A DNA stretch of 34,348 bases from Octopus bimaculoides. Lineage: Eukaryota. The notes below the pieces were generated by a model. The model did no database searches. It saw nothing but the letters and a program-made list of their open reading frames with translations, and had not been told where the DNA came from. The position numbers and the translations under genes were made by a program. The DNA lies in NCBI RefSeq assembly GCF_001194135.2, contig NC_068992.1, positions 56,357,069-56,391,416 of the forward strand. Reading direction: 5' to 3'. Of this stretch, positions 33,612 to 34,348 are shown one piece after another (position 1 is the stretch's first letter; every line of letters begins with the position of its first letter).

Positions 33612-34270
33612 AGCTACAGTCCGAATAGTGATTGGTGACGAGAAATGTGTTCTCTATAAAAATGTCAGGCGCCGAAGACAGTGGGTAAGGAAAGGAGAAA
33701 CACCGCCATACCAGGCTAAAGCAGGTCTGCACCCACGCAAGGTATTGGTATCTGTTTGGGGGGATATGAAATGTTTAATCCACTTTGAACTTTTAAACCC
33801 AAACCAAACGATAACAAAAGAGATCTACTGTGAGAAGCTTGAGAGGTTTAAGTCAGCGCCAGAAGAAAAATGATCATCTTTGGTTTCAAGACGAAAGGTG
33901 TTCTTCCATCAAGATAATGCTCGGCCATTTACAGCGAGGATGACATTACAAAAAGGCTGCAGTAGTTTGAATGAGTGACGATGCCCCACCCATCATATTC
34001 GCGGACATTGCCCAATCTGATTATCTTTTATTCTATAGTCTTCAAAATCATTTGGACAGAAAAATATGAATTCTGTAGACGATGTCAGAACAGTACTGGA
34101 GTAGTATATTTTGTCACGGACAAGTAAATTTTGCAAGTCTACCAGATAGATGAAAGAGCATTGCAGAAAACGAAGAAGAGTATATTTTAGATTTAAAAAG
34201 TACTTTGTTTATCTTAATTTTGAAAAATAAAATATTAAAAAACCGCCTTATTTATGCGATGACCAAATTA
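33612..34270 (+). mobile_element. Mariner-family (Tc1/mariner) transposon, 3' half, defective
   Basis: RIVIGDEKCVLY..RQW..LHPRKVLVSVWGD..FFHQDNARP..PHPSYS..SDYLLFYSLQNHL with stops and frameshifts. Right-TIR-like AAAAACCGCCTTATTTATGCGATGACCAAAT followed by TA at about 34238-34270. Confidence 0.92.
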
Positions 34271-34348
34271 TATGTATGCACATATGTAAATATATTTACA
34301 TTATATACGTATATATCTATATATATATCCATATATATATATATATAT

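Overview
AT-rich, microsatellite-dense animal genomic DNA with about 5.4 kb of assembly gaps. The SINE families look like those of octopus (coleoid cephalopod); this is recalled, not searched. No confident intact host gene is present, and nearly all listed ORFs are microsatellite or gap artefacts. The window is a retroelement graveyard: a decayed Penelope-like element (GIY-YIG domain, Asn-rich linkers) with nearby hammerhead-like motifs, an RTE-type RT fragment, two R4/Dong-type LINE fragments and a mariner 3' half. It also holds many copies of two tRNA-derived SINE families (here called A and B) and a third ~550-bp repeat (here called C) tied to (TAA)n tracts. The most striking observations are a tRNA-Lys(UUU) gene or pseudogene with a canonical 19-nt intron abutting a SINE, a 34-bp-stem pre-miRNA-like hairpin, a possible non-autonomous partner of the Dong/R4 LINE, a dimeric SINE arrangement, and a cluster of candidate small exons near 31.1-32.0 kb.
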